Assembly: GCF_006345805.1 (NCBI RefSeq)
Contig: NC_042998.1
Location: forward strand, 86,366,001-86,430,000
Source: Octopus sinensis
Taxonomy: Eukaryota
DNA length: 64,000 nt
Direction: 5' to 3'
The stretch's first letter is position 1. The number at the start of each line of letters is the position of its first letter. Shown here in pieces: positions 36,735 through 50,639 of this stretch. Under the pieces are notes generated by a model that ran no database searches, was not told where the DNA came from, and saw only the letters and a program-made list of their open reading frames with translations. Position numbers and translations under genes: made by a program.

Positions 36735-37326
36735 GCCAATGTACTACAGAAGGAATATAAAAGACACCACGACAATATAGCCAGGCTTGTCCATTGGACA
36801 CTTTGCAACAAGCATGAACTTGACAAAGCAAAAATAGAAGTGCAAAGATCCTATGGGATTTTATGATTCAGTGCGACCATGAGATTGAGAATAGGAAGCT
36901 GGACATAGTCTTAATTGAGAAAGAAAACAAACTATGCTGGATCATAGATATAGCATGCCCAGCTGACAACAAGGTATGTGATAAGGAAGAAAGAAAAGTC
37001 GAGAGATATGACAGGTTAGCTTGGGAAGTTAAATAGTTGTGGTCAATGAAAAAGGTAGCAGTAGTACCAATAATTGTCAGAGCCCTGGGAACAGTAAGTA
37101 AAAATCTCGAGAAGTACGTGGAACAAATAGGGGCTGCAATAAGGGTGGAGCACTTGCAGAAAACAGCACTGCTTGGAACCGCTAGAATACTCCGGAAGGT
37201 GCTCAAAAAATAAGGTGGTACTTTAGTTCACTGGTAGTGAACAGCTGACACTGTAGTACATCTCCAGCATTAGAAGCTGTGCAAAGGCAACAATAACAAC
37301 CACAACAATGATAATAATAATAATAA
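36735..37326 (+). mobile_element. Second R4/Dong-like LINE 3' end, different subfamily, ending in (AAT)n
   Basis: KILWDFMIQCDHEIE.RK.DIV, IIDIACP, K.E.Y, VEHLQKTALLGTARILRKVL-stop. Confidence 0.85.
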
Positions 37327-37426
37327 NNNNNNNNNNNNNNNNNNNNNNNNNNNNNNNNNNNNNNNNNNNNNNNNNNNNNNNNNNNNNNNNNNNNNNNNNN
37401 NNNNNNNNNNNNNNNNNNNNNNNNNN
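37327..37426. other. Assembly gap (100 N)
   Basis: Exactly 100 N, the usual placeholder for a gap of unknown size. The left contig ends in an (AAT)n tract. Confidence 0.98.
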
Positions 37427-38810
37427 AATGCGTTCTAGTTTGGTGATGGTAGGGTCAGGACAAGGCACGATGGTCAGGCAGTTGTAGATGATGGATGCGA
37501 TGTATGTGTTTGCCACCTCTGCCCAACCTTTTAGGGACAGTTTCCTCTCGGCCCATTGCCAGGCAAGAGTGACCACCATACTCTTTATCTTGTTCCAGTT
37601 CTTCTCCATTTGGAGGTCCGGACCAAACCAGACCTCGAGCAACTCAACAGGACCGTCAGTCCAGTGTCCCATGATGGAGACTCTGGTGGACGGCATGGGC
37701 TTGGTTCTCCAGGTACCGAGCCGCAAGCTCACTAACTTTTCTCGGATGATTGTTGTTCCTTTACCACTTTGTAGTCTTTCAGTGTCTCACCGACCAGCTC
37801 GATGTGCTTGTGACTAGACACTATGATGGTGACATCGTCCGCATATGCAGACATGTTTGTCCTGCATCCCAATTCTCGCGGGATGCCCCTCAGTTACCAG
37901 CTTCTGCAGTAGTGGCTTGAGAGTCAATACGTATAGAAGCGACGAGAGAGGGGCATCCCTGACGGACCGAATGTGCAATGTCAAAAGGTCTCGATAGATG
38001 TCCATTTACGCAAATTACCGAACGGATGTCTCTGTACAAAGCAGCTATCCAGCTGCAGATGACGGGACCGAAACCAGCCTCTCTGAGGATAGCCTCCAAA
38101 TATTGATGGTCTACCCTATTGAAAGCTTTCAATTGTTCCAAATTGATCTGGGCCCCACCCATGCCAGGTTCCTTAACTACCTTGTATATGATGTAGCGCA
38201 TCAGTTGTCATGGATGATCCGGCCCGGCACGGCGCACTTTTGTGCCTTGTTGTCGAGTTTCTTGATGCCAAGGCCAACGTTTGGCTAACACCTTGACCAA
38301 AATTTTCAAGTCTGCATTAAGTAGAGTGATGGGCCTAAAGTTATCTATTACATACCCCTTGTTTAGATCTTTTTTCAGCAGTGTTATGGCTTCTCGGCTC
38401 ACAAAACCGGGGATGCTCCTGTTTTGCTGCGAGTTGCAGTACACCGCTGCCAAGAGTCTCCAAACAAGTCTGGCATACAACTGTAAAGCTCATAGGATAG
38501 ACCATACAAACCCGGTGATTTGTCCCTCGAGCATTCTGCCATCGTGTCCTGCACTTCCGCCACGATGATGGCACCTTCGCAGTGCCCTGCCTCTCTTGTC
38601 AAGAGTCATGGCAGGCTATGTATGTAGGTACTGAAGTCCCCCCTGCATTCTCTCCTGCCACTCGTCCCGAACTGTTGGGCAAAATGCTGTTGAAAAGCCT
38701 CACACATTTTACTTGACTTGAGTAATTCGTGCCCCTGTTCACCTACCAGAGACCGAATGGTGGCTTTGTTACCTTGTTGCACCTCTGCCACCTGGGCCTC
38801 TCATGTGGTT
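37427..38810 (-). mobile_element. Tx1/L1-clade LINE, RT region
   Basis: KSPGL.GLSYE.Y, NFRPITLLNADLKIL.KVLA.R, KAF.RVDH, VRQGCP, YADDVT, LSLKG.AEVAN. Confidence 0.85.
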
Positions 38811-38813
38811 CCA

Positions 38814-38863
<50 letters not shown>

Positions 38864-39309
38864 CAACAACAACAACACCAGATATTCTGCTGAAAACCAC
38901 AAATTTGCTTGTTAGTTGTTTGACCTAAATCAGGTGAGCATGTCCATAGTGGCTGACGATATGTGCATCTCTGATCACAAGCGGAGTAATGGGGGAGCAT
39001 CATAAGCATGTTTTGAGAGGGATTCTTTAGCGGCTTGAATAATTCACCCCTGGAAACAAAGGTGTTTTTATTTGTCATCCTTAGACCACCCTTATATAGG
39101 AACTTTTGTGCAGGATGGACTAATTCATCTGAAGAAAATTCTAACTGGGTTCCATCTTCAAGACCATGTACTGTCTTTTGTGAAATGAGGTCACCATGTT
39201 CCACACAATTGGTTGTGATGCATATGATTGGTGTACCCTTATCAGGTGCGTTGTCATGATGAGTATATTGCTTTTTCCATATTTGTACTCCAGCATCACT
39301 TTGGTATAT

Positions 39310-40125
39310 ACTGTTCATCATCATCATCGCTTAACGTCTGCTTTCCATGCTGGTATGGGTTGGACGGTTTGACTGAAAACTGGTAAGGTGGGGCTGCACT
39401 AGGTTCCAGTCTGATTTTTCAGGGTTCTACTACTGGATGCCTTTCCTAATGCCAACCACTCAGAGAGATAGTGGGTGCTTTTTACGTGCTACTGGATGGG
39501 TGCCATTGACCTGACATCAGTATCACTCATGATTATGATCTTAATTGGCTTGACAGATTAACATAAGCACTGTATATTGCCAAGGGTCTTGGTCACCTGA
39601 CACTGCCTCCATGGGGTCCAATGCATGAATGTTGCTTTTTATATGCCACCGGCATGGATGCCAGTCAGATGGCATTGGTATGGTCACGACTATGATTTCA
39701 TTCGGTTCAACAGGTTTTCACAAACACAGCATATGCCCAGTGATTGAAGGGTGCTTTTAATGGGCCACTTAAACGACATTGGCATCAGCCATGACTATGG
39801 TCTCACTTGAGTTTTCTCAAGCATGGCATATCGCCAAAAGTCTTGGTCATTTGTCATTGTTTTGTGAGGCCCAGCATTTGAAGATTATGCTTCACTACCT
39901 CATCCCACGTCTTCCACAGGTTCCCTCCATCATTAGAGTGCAACATTTCTTCACACAGCTGTCCTCATCCATACACATCACATGACTATATCAGTGCAAT
40001 CATCTCTCTTGCACACCACATCTGATGCTTCTTATGTCCAACTGTTATCTCAGGAGCGCTTACACTCTGTTATGCACGCACACTGACATTACACATCCAA
40101 AGGAGCATACTAGCTTCATTTCTTT
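39310..40125 (-). mobile_element. RTE LINE 3' fragment
   Basis: (CAT)n tail, CGTCTGCTTTCCATGC 3' end, ERNEASML.WMCNVSV segment. Confidence 0.78.
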
Positions 40126-40149
40126 CAATGTTGTTATTATTATTTGTTG

Positions 40150-40217
<68 letters not shown>

Positions 40218-40219
<2 letters not shown>

Positions 40220-40382
40220 AGTGGGGGATGCGATGGCAGAATGCTCGAGGGACAAATCGCCGGGTTTGGATGGTCTATCCTATGAGCTTTACAGTTGTAT
40301 GCCAGACTTGTTTGGAGACGTCTTGGCAGTGGTGTACTGCAACTCGCAGCAAAACGGGAGCATCCCCAGTTATGTGAGCTGA
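40218..40382 (+). mobile_element. Short inverted copy of the Tx1-like segment at about 38390-38555
   Basis: About 165 bp, about 90% identical by eye, opposite orientation, next to a (TTA)n tract. Confidence 0.82.
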
Positions 40383-40689
40383 GGAGCCAATACATATCTT
40401 TTGAGCCTATGCATGTCCTCAGCAGTCTCTGTATAACTAAACAAAAAAATATACAAAAAAATTCGCAATGTCTATTGACGAAAACACATACCAGATCAGT
40501 TGTCACTTGAATCAACAAGGGCTGCATCCCTCAAGGAGGAATCAGCCTGGGGTTGAAAAGTTTGCATTTGAAACAAGCTCTTCTCCAAATATGGACTTGA
40601 ATAAGATTAATCTCAACCCAGTCCTTTCAGGTTCAGATGCACTAAGAAGTCAAAGATCTAAATATTACAAATGAACCTGAGAAACTTAC

Positions 40690-42989
40690 AAGTAAGTGAT
40701 ATATACATTCTATTGCTCATTGGGCAAATAATCTGAATCCAAATACATGATAAATTCTTTTAAGGTATGGAGAGAAAGAAATCTAGACATTAGACCAAAC
40801 ATGGATGAAAACAAACTTACAAATATAAGAGACATTCTTAGAAACAAATGATTACCAGATGCAGAATTAAATGAAATCAAGAGGAAAGTTGGAAAGATTT
40901 GAAAATATAAACACGAAGGAAGGATGAAAATGAATACATGACAGTAGAGAAACCTTAAAACTTTGTGACCAAGTTGTCACCAGAAGAAATTGCACAAAAA
41001 AAAAAAAATGAAAATATCAGAAATACCACAGAGCAAGTTTAAGTTGAAAGATATTTAAACAATATGGATGAAGATATTTTTAGTCATGAGCTTTAAGATT
41101 GGCTAGAACCCTAACCCTAACTCTAATCCACCTAACCCCTAAACTTAATCCTAACCCTAAGAAATTTCTCAATGAACTTGGAAAAGTAAAAAACATTAGT
41201 ATGAATGAAAGAAAGTCATTGCAAAAACTGACAAACAATCCCAGGACACATAAGAATTAGAAATCAGGCTGTTAAAGCAATAATTGAAGAGATGGAGCCT
41301 GATGTATCAAACTGAATGAAGTTTATATTGCCACAGTAATGGTAATATAAAGGAAATGTAAGTCAATGAAAAGCAAAAAGGACACTGCACTAAAAAAAAA
41401 ACAAAAAAAAAATGAAAGATAAAAATTGAGTAAGAATTGAAATGATGAGAGGAGAATTATCGATCTTGGATTAAATATATGTTAGTAAATCTGTCAAGAT
41501 AAGAACAGAAGGTGATTAAGAATATCTAAGTAACTTCAAAACATGATACTCCATCAATCAAAGAGACCCTGAAACAATAAGTACTGTTGAAAGCTCAAAG
41601 AATGAGATTTGATAAATGAAACAAACTTCACAGGCAACAGTTGTTTATGTCAGATGCAAAAGATGTTTTTCATGGAAATTGGGTTATAGACAAAAGAAAC
41701 TCCTTCAATTCATGAGATTGATGAATTTTGGAAAAAAGATAGTACAGAAAATTCCCATAATGAGAATGGAGAATGAATAAAGAACATAGAAGAAATGGTC
41801 AATAATTTAGAGAGGCTGACTTGGCCATTTCTTCAGAAATGATCATACTATTGCCTGCTTCTCCACTTCATACAAAATGCTCACCTCAATTTTGACTGAG
41901 ACGATGTATAAATTTATGAACAAAATTCATTTCCCTACTGAGCAGAAAGGTTGCCACTGTGGGTCTTATAGCTGTGAAGACCAACTTCTAATTAAACTAT
42001 CATAACAAGAAAAGAAGTTTGAGAACTGCTTGGATTTATTATTAAAAAGTGCATTTGATTGTGTGCCCCATTCATGAATTTTGAAAACTTTGGGTGTTCT
42101 GAGGATTTTCCCAGTAATATCAAATTCCTGAAATACATGTCTGTATAGAATACACATCTAACTTTGTCATACACTACAACTGTTAATATAAATTCCAGCA
42201 GCATAAGCATTAACTTTTTCAAGATAATTCATTTTCTCTTTCTTTTATTTTGAATTGCATTCAAACCACTAACTGTAGATTTCAACAAAAAATGGCTACA
42301 AAATAGATAGCAAAAACTACAACCATCTGTTTTTTGTGGATGATTTGAAAATGCATGCCGAAAATGACAACATGTTGGTAAGACTGTTAAAGAGAGTTAA
42401 GGTGTTCAGTGATGAAGCAGGGGTAGAGTTTGGGCTGGAAAAATATGTGAAAGGCAGAATGACAAGCACATATCCAATGGATAAAGATGTGGGTGTAGTA
42501 ATTATGGAACAAGATCAAACCTAAAAGTATTTAGACGTCAATGAAGGCTAAAGTATTCATTATGCTAGCATGAAAGAAACAATCAAAAGGAACGCTACAG
42601 GAGAGTATGTGCTGTCTTAAAAACAGAGCTCAACTCAAAGAATGAAATGTGTATCTGCTATAAATACCCTTACAATCCCAGTTATCACCTATGATTGCAA
42701 TATCATAAAATGGACCAATAATGAAAATGGACTAAAAAGTTGGAAAAATTTTGACCTATAATAAATTAGATCCCTCAAAAGCAGATGTGGATCACCTTTA
42801 TTTCTCTGGATGAAGTAGAGTTAGAGGAATGATCGCGCTTGAGCTGCTGTGCAAAATATCAAGTTTTGGGCTCAAACAATACCTTAAAACTTCAGATTAC
42901 TGGATGTTGAAAACAGTTTCAGAATATGGAAGGAAGAAAAGTTTGCGATAAATCTTGAAAGAAAGTTGGAAATTTGTGGAAGAGTTAGG

Positions 42990-43032
<43 letters not shown>

Positions 43033-43830
43033 TCATCATCATCTCATCATCATCATTTCATATCGTTTGCGTCCGTTTTCATGCTAGCATGGGTTGGACG
43101 GTTCAACTGGGGTCTGTGAAGCCGGAAGGCTTCATCAGGCCTAGTCAGATCTGGCAGTGTTTCTACGGCTGGATGCCCTTCCTAACGCCAACCATTCCGT
43201 GAGTGTAGTGGGTGCTTTTTACATGCCACCCGCACAGGTGCCAGACAGAGCTGGCAAAGAGCCACGAACGGATGGTGCTTTTTATGTGCCACCGGCACGG
43301 GGGCCAGGCGAGGCTGGCAATGGACACGAACGGATGGTGCTTTTTACGTGCTACCGGCACGAGGCCAGTCGGGGCGGCGCTGGCAACGGTCACGAACGGA
43401 TGGTTCTCTTACATGCCACCGGCACTGGTAACACATCTGCAACATGTACACTGAAAATTATGGTCATTCTGAAATTGAGGGTAATGTTGGTGAAAAATGG
43501 TTAACAGAAACTGTGCCCTAAATGGGAACAAAAACCACTGCACAGGTGGTATGTCCTCCATAGCAAAGAATTTTATATAAAATCAAAATTTCACCCATGT
43601 TGCTGATTTCTGGACCAAAAGCAGAGTGAGGACTTCATTGTGGTTGCACAAAATCAGTTTCTTTCAACATACAACTTTCAAGTCAATGAGATCAGAAATG
43701 TAACAGACCCAAAGTGTTGATTTTGCAATGAGCAAATCGAGATCATTGAACACTCTGTTTCAGGCTGCAAAGTATTGGTTCCCCAGAAGTATAAAACTGG
43801 GCATGATTGAGTAATTTTCACACACACATA
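40690..43830 (+). mobile_element. Near full-length, heavily decayed R4/Dong-like LINE, interrupted by an RTE 3' fragment at about 42985-43445
   Basis: N-terminal WRERN...LRNK.L...ELNEI, QKGC, FVDDLKM, GVEFGLEK, DPSKADVDHLY, KWEQKPLH, SEDFIVVAQNQ, C.FC.EQ.E..EH..SGC. Confidence 0.75.
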
Positions 43831-43840
43831 CATATATATA

Positions 43841-44738
43841 AGGGGGTACCCAAAAGTAACTGGAAACATTCTCTGTGGGACAAGCCCACTGTAGTTCAGA
43901 CTTCTGCCTGTAGAAGCCACTTGATGTAATCCTCAAGCACGTGTATGCTGGGCAGCGTCGTTGAGTGTAGTCCTACTGCCATGTGGTGTGTCTTTGTTTT
44001 TCAGTGCTTCTTCCCTGTGCATTAATCTTTGTGAAGGCTGAAACGAAGAAACAGCATGTTTCCATGAAATTCTGTTTTCTACTGGGGAAAATGGCTGCCA
44101 AAACAGTTGTTATGCTTCAAGTAACTTACAAAGACACTGCCATGAGCAAAACACAAGTTTCCACTTTTTAGGAATGGTCATTTGTCACTTGAAAACCAAC
44201 TTCATTCAGGGTATCCATTGACCTCCTGAATGATTAAAACCATCATGAAAATTCATGAACCGATCTTGGAATACCATCACTGACAGTTGACAAACTTGTT
44301 GATATGATTGGTGTGTCTTGGAGCTCCTGCCAACAAATTTTGAGCAAGGAATTGCGAATGAAAAGAGTTGCAGCAAAATTTGTGCCTCACTTACTCTCGG
44401 AAGATCAAAAACAGTCACAACTGAATCCATGTCATGAACTGAAAGAATATTTGGAAACTGATCCAGACCTTTTTTTTTTATTTTGAAGGTCATCACTGGT
44501 GATGAAATCTGGTGCTATGGAATTTGCAGATGTAGAAAAGGTGAAGTGAAGAACAACAGAGGTGTTAAAAGGCATCATTTTGCAAGAGTTCCAGCACTGC
44601 TTTGAACAGTGGAAAATGCATCTGGAATGATGCATTGCTTGAAATGGAGAAGAGTTTGAAAGTGATCAAAGTGTAAACATATAGAACTGTGTGAATAAAA
44701 TAATATTGCAAAATTCTGGCTTCTTTTGGGTACCCTCA
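43841..44738 (+). mobile_element. Internally deleted mariner transposon
   Basis: TIRs (A/T)GGGG.TACCCAAAAG and TTCTTTTGGGTACCCTC. Remnants KFCFLLGK, RVAAKFVPHLLSEDQK, ITGDEIWCY. Confidence 0.83.
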
Positions 44739-45099
44739 CATATATTATTTTCTACTCTAGGCACAAGGCCCAAAATTGTTGAGGAAGTGGGGCAGTCGAT
44801 TAGATCGATCCAAGTGTGCAACTGGTGCCTAATTTATCGTCCCAGAAAGGCTAAAAAAACAAGTTAATCTCGGCGGAATTTGAACTCAGAACGTAAAGAC
44901 AAACATATATATACAACAGCCTTCTATTTTCATCTACCAAATTTACTCACAAGACATTGGACAGTCTGAATATTATAGCAGAAGACTAAAGTGCTGCTCA
45001 GTAGGACTAAAACCAAAATTATTTTGTTGTGAAATGAACTATTTAACTTCATAGCCATGCCTGCACCTATGCATACAAAGATCACTTAATAATCAGTTA

Positions 45100-47520
45100 A
45101 ATCATAACTGAAAACTCTAGGATGAGAAAAAAGTGTCAGATCTTGGCATAGGTTGATTGGTATCCAGAAGGCTTTTATAGTGTTCTCCACTCATTGATTC
45201 TTGAAACATTAGCCAATCACAAGTGAATACACCAACCATGTGAAATGAATGAGAAATAAATTTGGAGATTCAAACAGAAGAGGTAAACATAAAAATGAAC
45301 TACATTGCTATTAGAAGAAGAATATTCCACGTAGACTCTCTGTCCTCATACCTTTTCTGCATGGTATTGTTCCTCTGGAATAAATGCTAAGCCAGACTGA
45401 CTATGGGTATAAGTATTTCGATAACAACTTTCTGTTATATATTAACTCTTAACATTCTATACAACATGAAACAAATAGGACCAAACCATCTTCGTTTACA
45501 TTTGTTGTAAAGAAGGTTATGAACTCTCTAATCAAGAAAATCATTTATGTTTTGCAATGCTTGTTATTAGCATCAACTCAATGTGTTGCTGAATTTTTGT
45601 GATTTTTTCCTAGACTCTGTTTTATAGAAACTTATTTTTAAAAATGGTTATGGCAGATAAGTTTTTGAAGGTGATAACAAGAGGAATATATCTCTTTCAT
45701 GCACACTCAATATCTGACTTTGATCTGTCTAAATTTTCATTGAGTAACTTGAACAAAATATTGTCTGAAGAATGTTTAGACAGTGAGCCTTTTTGTTTTG
45801 TTGAATCTTTTCTCAATTTTTTCTTCTTGTGATTTCAACAGTACAACTAAGAAGCTATAAGGATCTATCACTTTCTTCTAATGCTTTGAAATTTGGGCAG
45901 ACTTGGGTATATTTATCATTGGGCTAACAATAATGAACTTAAAAATCTGCTGGAACATGCATGTATTTTGTTTGTGATATTTGTATGCCCATATTTATTA
46001 CCAATATCTTTCTTTTCATAATTTTTTTAATATTGTATCTGTTTTCAGTTAATATTATGATATTAATTAACAATCTCATTTGTATACATAAAATTCAATA
46101 CAAATAAGACTAAGTCTTTTCTTCAATACTGTCTATTTTGACAATAATCTAGCCATAATGAAAGACTTATAAACATTTGAATAAACAAACCCATTTGCAA
46201 ATATGTTCTGCTCAGTTATTACAGCACTGAGATTTTAACTTTGAAAAGTTTCAATACAATGTTAAAAGTTAATGTACTCAAGTTGTATTCTGCATATGAA
46301 AAGCAAGAAACCTTGCATGTGAGACATGGTGTACAGCTTTAATATGGAGATTAGTACAAAATACCTTTTAAAACAATGTACCAAAGCCACCTAAAAAGTG
46401 AGGGAAATATATAAAATATAGACATACCATATTATACCTAAATAAATGTTAAATTGAGACAGATTTATAATTAGCAGATAACTTGCTATGTACAAATGAA
46501 AGAAAATGTTAGGGTAGAATATTACAAATTTATTAGATTAATTCTTAAAAAAGTTCATGCACATCAATACTTTTGCTGTATTGGTAATTAGTTATAGCTT
46601 AATATTCTCAACTGGATGCTAAATGACTTGGTTAGACCAGACTGGAAATAATGATTTGTATTTAGAATATGCCACTCAAAATCTGACATACGAATATTAT
46701 ATTCACCATGAATACAGGGATGTAGGGGTATTATGCATGTAGAAAACTATTATAAGATATCAAATGTGGGACTACAAAATTATTTAAGAATAAAAGGAGA
46801 CTAATACAAAGGGTGACAAAAGATGAACAAGAATAAAAGCAAAACTGCTTTTTGTTTCTTATCAGATCATTAACTACAAAATTGAGGTTGAAATAACCTT
46901 CAGCTGTGAGAATGATAGAAAAATAACAAGAGATATTGTGGAAACAAAAAGTTCAAAATGGAGATAGAGAACTAGCATGATAAAATGATGCAAAGGAAAG
47001 ACACTACATGGCCAATAGATGAAAAGGCTGAAAAGAAGAAAGAGGGCAATAAATAATAGGGAAAACTCAGGACTGGCTGAGAAGCTTAGAACTTACAGCT
47101 AAGACTAAATTATTTTTGATTTCTGGCACAAGAACAAAGCAACACACCAGAAACTGCAGAAACTTGTAACGAAGTTGGAAATGTAAAATATGTGGAGGTT
47201 GTAAAGAAATAATTAGTTCAGTCTATGACAAAAGGGAATATATGCATACCTGACAGAGTTGGAGGTTTCATACATTTGACATTATGCCATTATTGTGAAA
47301 TCATTGAAGGAAAGAGGTGGTGCAAATCTACACTACAAAAGGATTCTACAGAAGGTGAAAGTGACTGTACATATAGATTTACACAAGCAGTGATATTAAG
47401 TTAAATAACCCCAAGAAAGAAGAAAAAACCAAAAAAAAAAGGCATCCTAACAGAAAGAAATAAGGTCACTTTCCAAGTATGAAGACATACAAGAAGAGAT
47501 GTCTATAAGTATAATGTGAT
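45100..47520 (+). mobile_element. Highly degenerate R4/Dong-like LINE pieces
   Basis: Recognisable remnants: IQKAF.SV.H, IF..DSLS..LFC, INTFAV, AQEQ, KCKICG. Extent approximate. Confidence 0.55.
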
Positions 47521-47899
47521 TGAAAACAAACAATCCCCCATAATATCAGCAACCTTGAGATAATACAAAGAATAGATGCATGATGAATACATAACCAAAA
47601 CACCAGAATTCTCTCTCTCTCTCACACACACACATACATGTTCATGCTATATACAGAAATCTCACTACTATGTACTGCATACATATTATATGGAACACTT
47701 AATGCAATGTAAGACAAATATTAAACAAATCATTGCATGTACTTTAAGGCAACCAGGACTGTGGTTGATTGTGCCTTGAAAGCAAATTAAAAAAGACTAC
47801 TGAAATATTAATAATGATTAACAAGTAAATACACACATTATTAAACAAATAAAAAAACAAATAATGAAACTTAAACATTTCATTTTCTTTTACTTGTAG

Positions 47900-48019
47900 A
47901 ATTCAAAAGGAATTGAAGACTACATGAAAATTGAAGATAAATATAATGGTTTCATCACAGTAGTAAAAGCACTGGACTATGAAACAAGAAACTTTTTTGA
48001 ATATACAGTACAAGTATTT
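47900..48019 (+). CDS. Cadherin exon on the plus strand (second half of an EC repeat)
   Basis: Acceptor CATTTTCTTTTACTTGTAG, donor GTAAGT, 120 nt, phase 0/0. Encodes NSKGIEDYMKIEDKYNGFITVVKALDYETRNFFEYTVQVF (G-x-I-T-V...LDYE motif). Confidence 0.85.
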
Positions 48020-50639
48020 GTAAGTATTTAAACTTAAATTATCTTTTCGTGGGTTTCCATTCTTATTGAAATGAAATGGTAACAGTATAATATATATACA
48101 CATTCATACACACATGTCAAATCTGTAGTAAGTTCTTAAGTTTTCTATATTTATTTTATGGTTTTAAGTTGAAATTTTGTAGACCAGCCCACTGAACGGA
48201 ATATTGATTTTAAGAAGGGCATCCAACCATAAAAACCATGCCAAAACAGCACACAGAAGCATAGCACAGGCTCCAGATTCACCTGCTCCAGTCAAACCGT
48301 CCCACCCATGCCAGCATGGTAAGAGGACAATGAACAATGTCTGTCTGGTCAAACAAATCAGTTCCTTTCTCTTTATTCTTTCTGCTTGCACCAAAAGTAT
48401 ATGAATTTCAATGAGGTGCTCAACTCTCACATATTTTCAAAGAAAATAATTTTGCAGTTTCTTTAGCAACAAATAGTTTGGACATGCTTTGCTAATGGCA
48501 GCAAAGATATCAAGAAAAAGGGAAATATGAACTCACTTCACAAAACACATACTTATACAAACATACATACATCATCATCATCATTGTTGTCACCGTTGTC
48601 ATCATCATCATCATTGTTGTCACTGTTGTCATCATCATCATCATCATCATTTAATGTTCATTTTATTTGCTGGTATAGGCTGGACAGTTTGGCAGTAAGT
48701 TCCAATGTCAACTTTGGCATAATTTCTATGGCTGGATACCCTTCCTAGTGTCAGTCACTTTACAGTGTGTATTGAGTACTTTTTTATGGCACAACCAATG
48801 GTGAAGTTGCCAAGTAACTTGCAAGACAAAAAAGAAAACAAAGAAAATGTCTCCTCGACTGAGTGGACATGTATTTGAGAAATGAGGTGACTTTATGGCT
48901 GGTATTGGAGGCAGAAGTATGATAGAGTGACAAGCAGAGGTATTTTGCTATAGAGGAGATACATGGTTACCCTATTTCACATGAGGGTGAGTGATAGTAG
49001 CTGGGAGATAAGGATGGTGGGGATGAGTGCCAGAGTATACTCTCAAAATATAAGAAGGTAAATATGAAGGAGAAAAAAGGTAGTAGATCAGGAGGGAAGA
49101 GGACCAGAAGGGTAATTTCATAAGAGTATGAGAGAATATTGACAGGTAGAGATGGGGCTGGAATTAGCTGTAGTGAGTGATGAACAAGGGTGGAGGTGTA
49201 GCTGATAGTAAATATCAGTATTGAAGTGGGAGAGTGAGAGAAATAGAAGTGGCTCAGAAAGGAAGAGTGATAAGCAGCAGCATAGGAGGTATGGAGAGTA
49301 GCAGTATCATAAATAGGTGGACAAATCAGAAGTAATAAGATGCTGTGCAAATTTTGAAATTGGATGGGGATGGAAGGCAAGTGACAGTCGTAGAGATGGA
49401 GGTTAGAGGCTAAAGTGAGTGGGAAGACAGAAGTGATTAGGGAGTTGGGGCTGTCATCAATAGCAGATATGAGAAAAAGATACCTGATATCACACTTGTA
49501 AAAGATGAGGGAAATCAGAGGTGGGGAAGAAAAATTGATGGTACTGAAAAAGGGTTGATTAGTGGAAATTGTACATTGACTGGGATGATAATGAAAATAA
49601 GGACTGGAGTTTAAAAAGAAGTGGTTCCAGAGGAAGAAGGAGGTAACTAATAGAGTAAAAGGAGGATGAAATGTGACTGTTCTGATTCTGCTAAAATGAT
49701 TATAGCGCTGAGTAGTGCTATAGAAGAGTGATGGGAGAATGGATGCAAGAAAGATGAGATGTAAGGGAATGCTTGATGTGGGTAGATTGGTTTCAGGGCC
49801 TAACATATACAGGCATAATGCTTTTAGCATTTCATTTTCACCATGATTCACAGTTCTTGAATACAATGAACTGTTGTTCATCTTGGTCCTTTCTCATCTA
49901 TTCTGTGAGGCTCAGTATCCTGAGATCAGCCTTTGCTACCTTATCCCACGTCTTCCTGGGTTTCCTTCTTTTATTATTTCCATCCATTTTAAACAATTGG
50001 CATTTCTTTATACAGGTGTCTTCATCTATATCCATCACATGACCAAACTATCACAGTCTTGTTTCTTATATGCTACTTCTGATTCTTCTTATACCTTATT
50101 TTTCTCTTAACACATTTACTCTTTATAGTACATGCACATTGATGTAGATCCAAGGGAGCATATCCCCTCCATTCTTCTCCAGTCTTCACATGTCCTCTGT
50201 GTTCAGTGCCCACATCTCATACCAAATAGCATTGCATTTCATGCCCAAGCATCATACAATCGGACTTTCACTCTGGGAGTTAATAGTCCTCTGAACATTC
50301 ACTGTCCTATTCTTATTCTAATAATTAAACATTCAAAATATCTTGCTTCACTGCTAGTTAAGCCACCTAGATAGCAGAAATTATCTATGTCTCTAGAGAA
50401 CCTCCTTGGCATTTGAGAAAATCTGTCCTGTGTGCCTCAAGTGTTTATTCCCCTGTGCATCTTCCATTACAAAGACTACTTTTTCTAGGAATTACTGCTG
50501 AAATTCTTAAAAACTGCTCAGGATTCAAGTGTACTAACCCCTGTGGTTAATTAGATTTTACAGGAAGGTGTGTCATTGTCAATAGATGCTTTTGTATGTG
50601 TGTGTGGGGGGCATGTTAGATTTGTAAGTAGGTATGTAT

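Noticed and set aside
42966-43202. Poly-His, poly-Asn, poly-Tyr or poly-Ile ORFs (also 36521-36826, 38718-39327, 40025-40382)
   Set aside because: These are (CAT)n and (AAT)n retroelement tails read in frame.
34678-47899. Promoter or first exons for either cadherin segment
   Set aside because: No signal-peptide or EC1 exon with credible splice sites was found. The interval is almost entirely repeats plus the gap.
48967-49881. 304-aa minus-strand ORF
   Set aside because: It comes from a strongly purine-skewed tract that lacks stops by composition, with no recognisable domain. It may be a decayed CR1/L2-type remnant, but I cannot support that.
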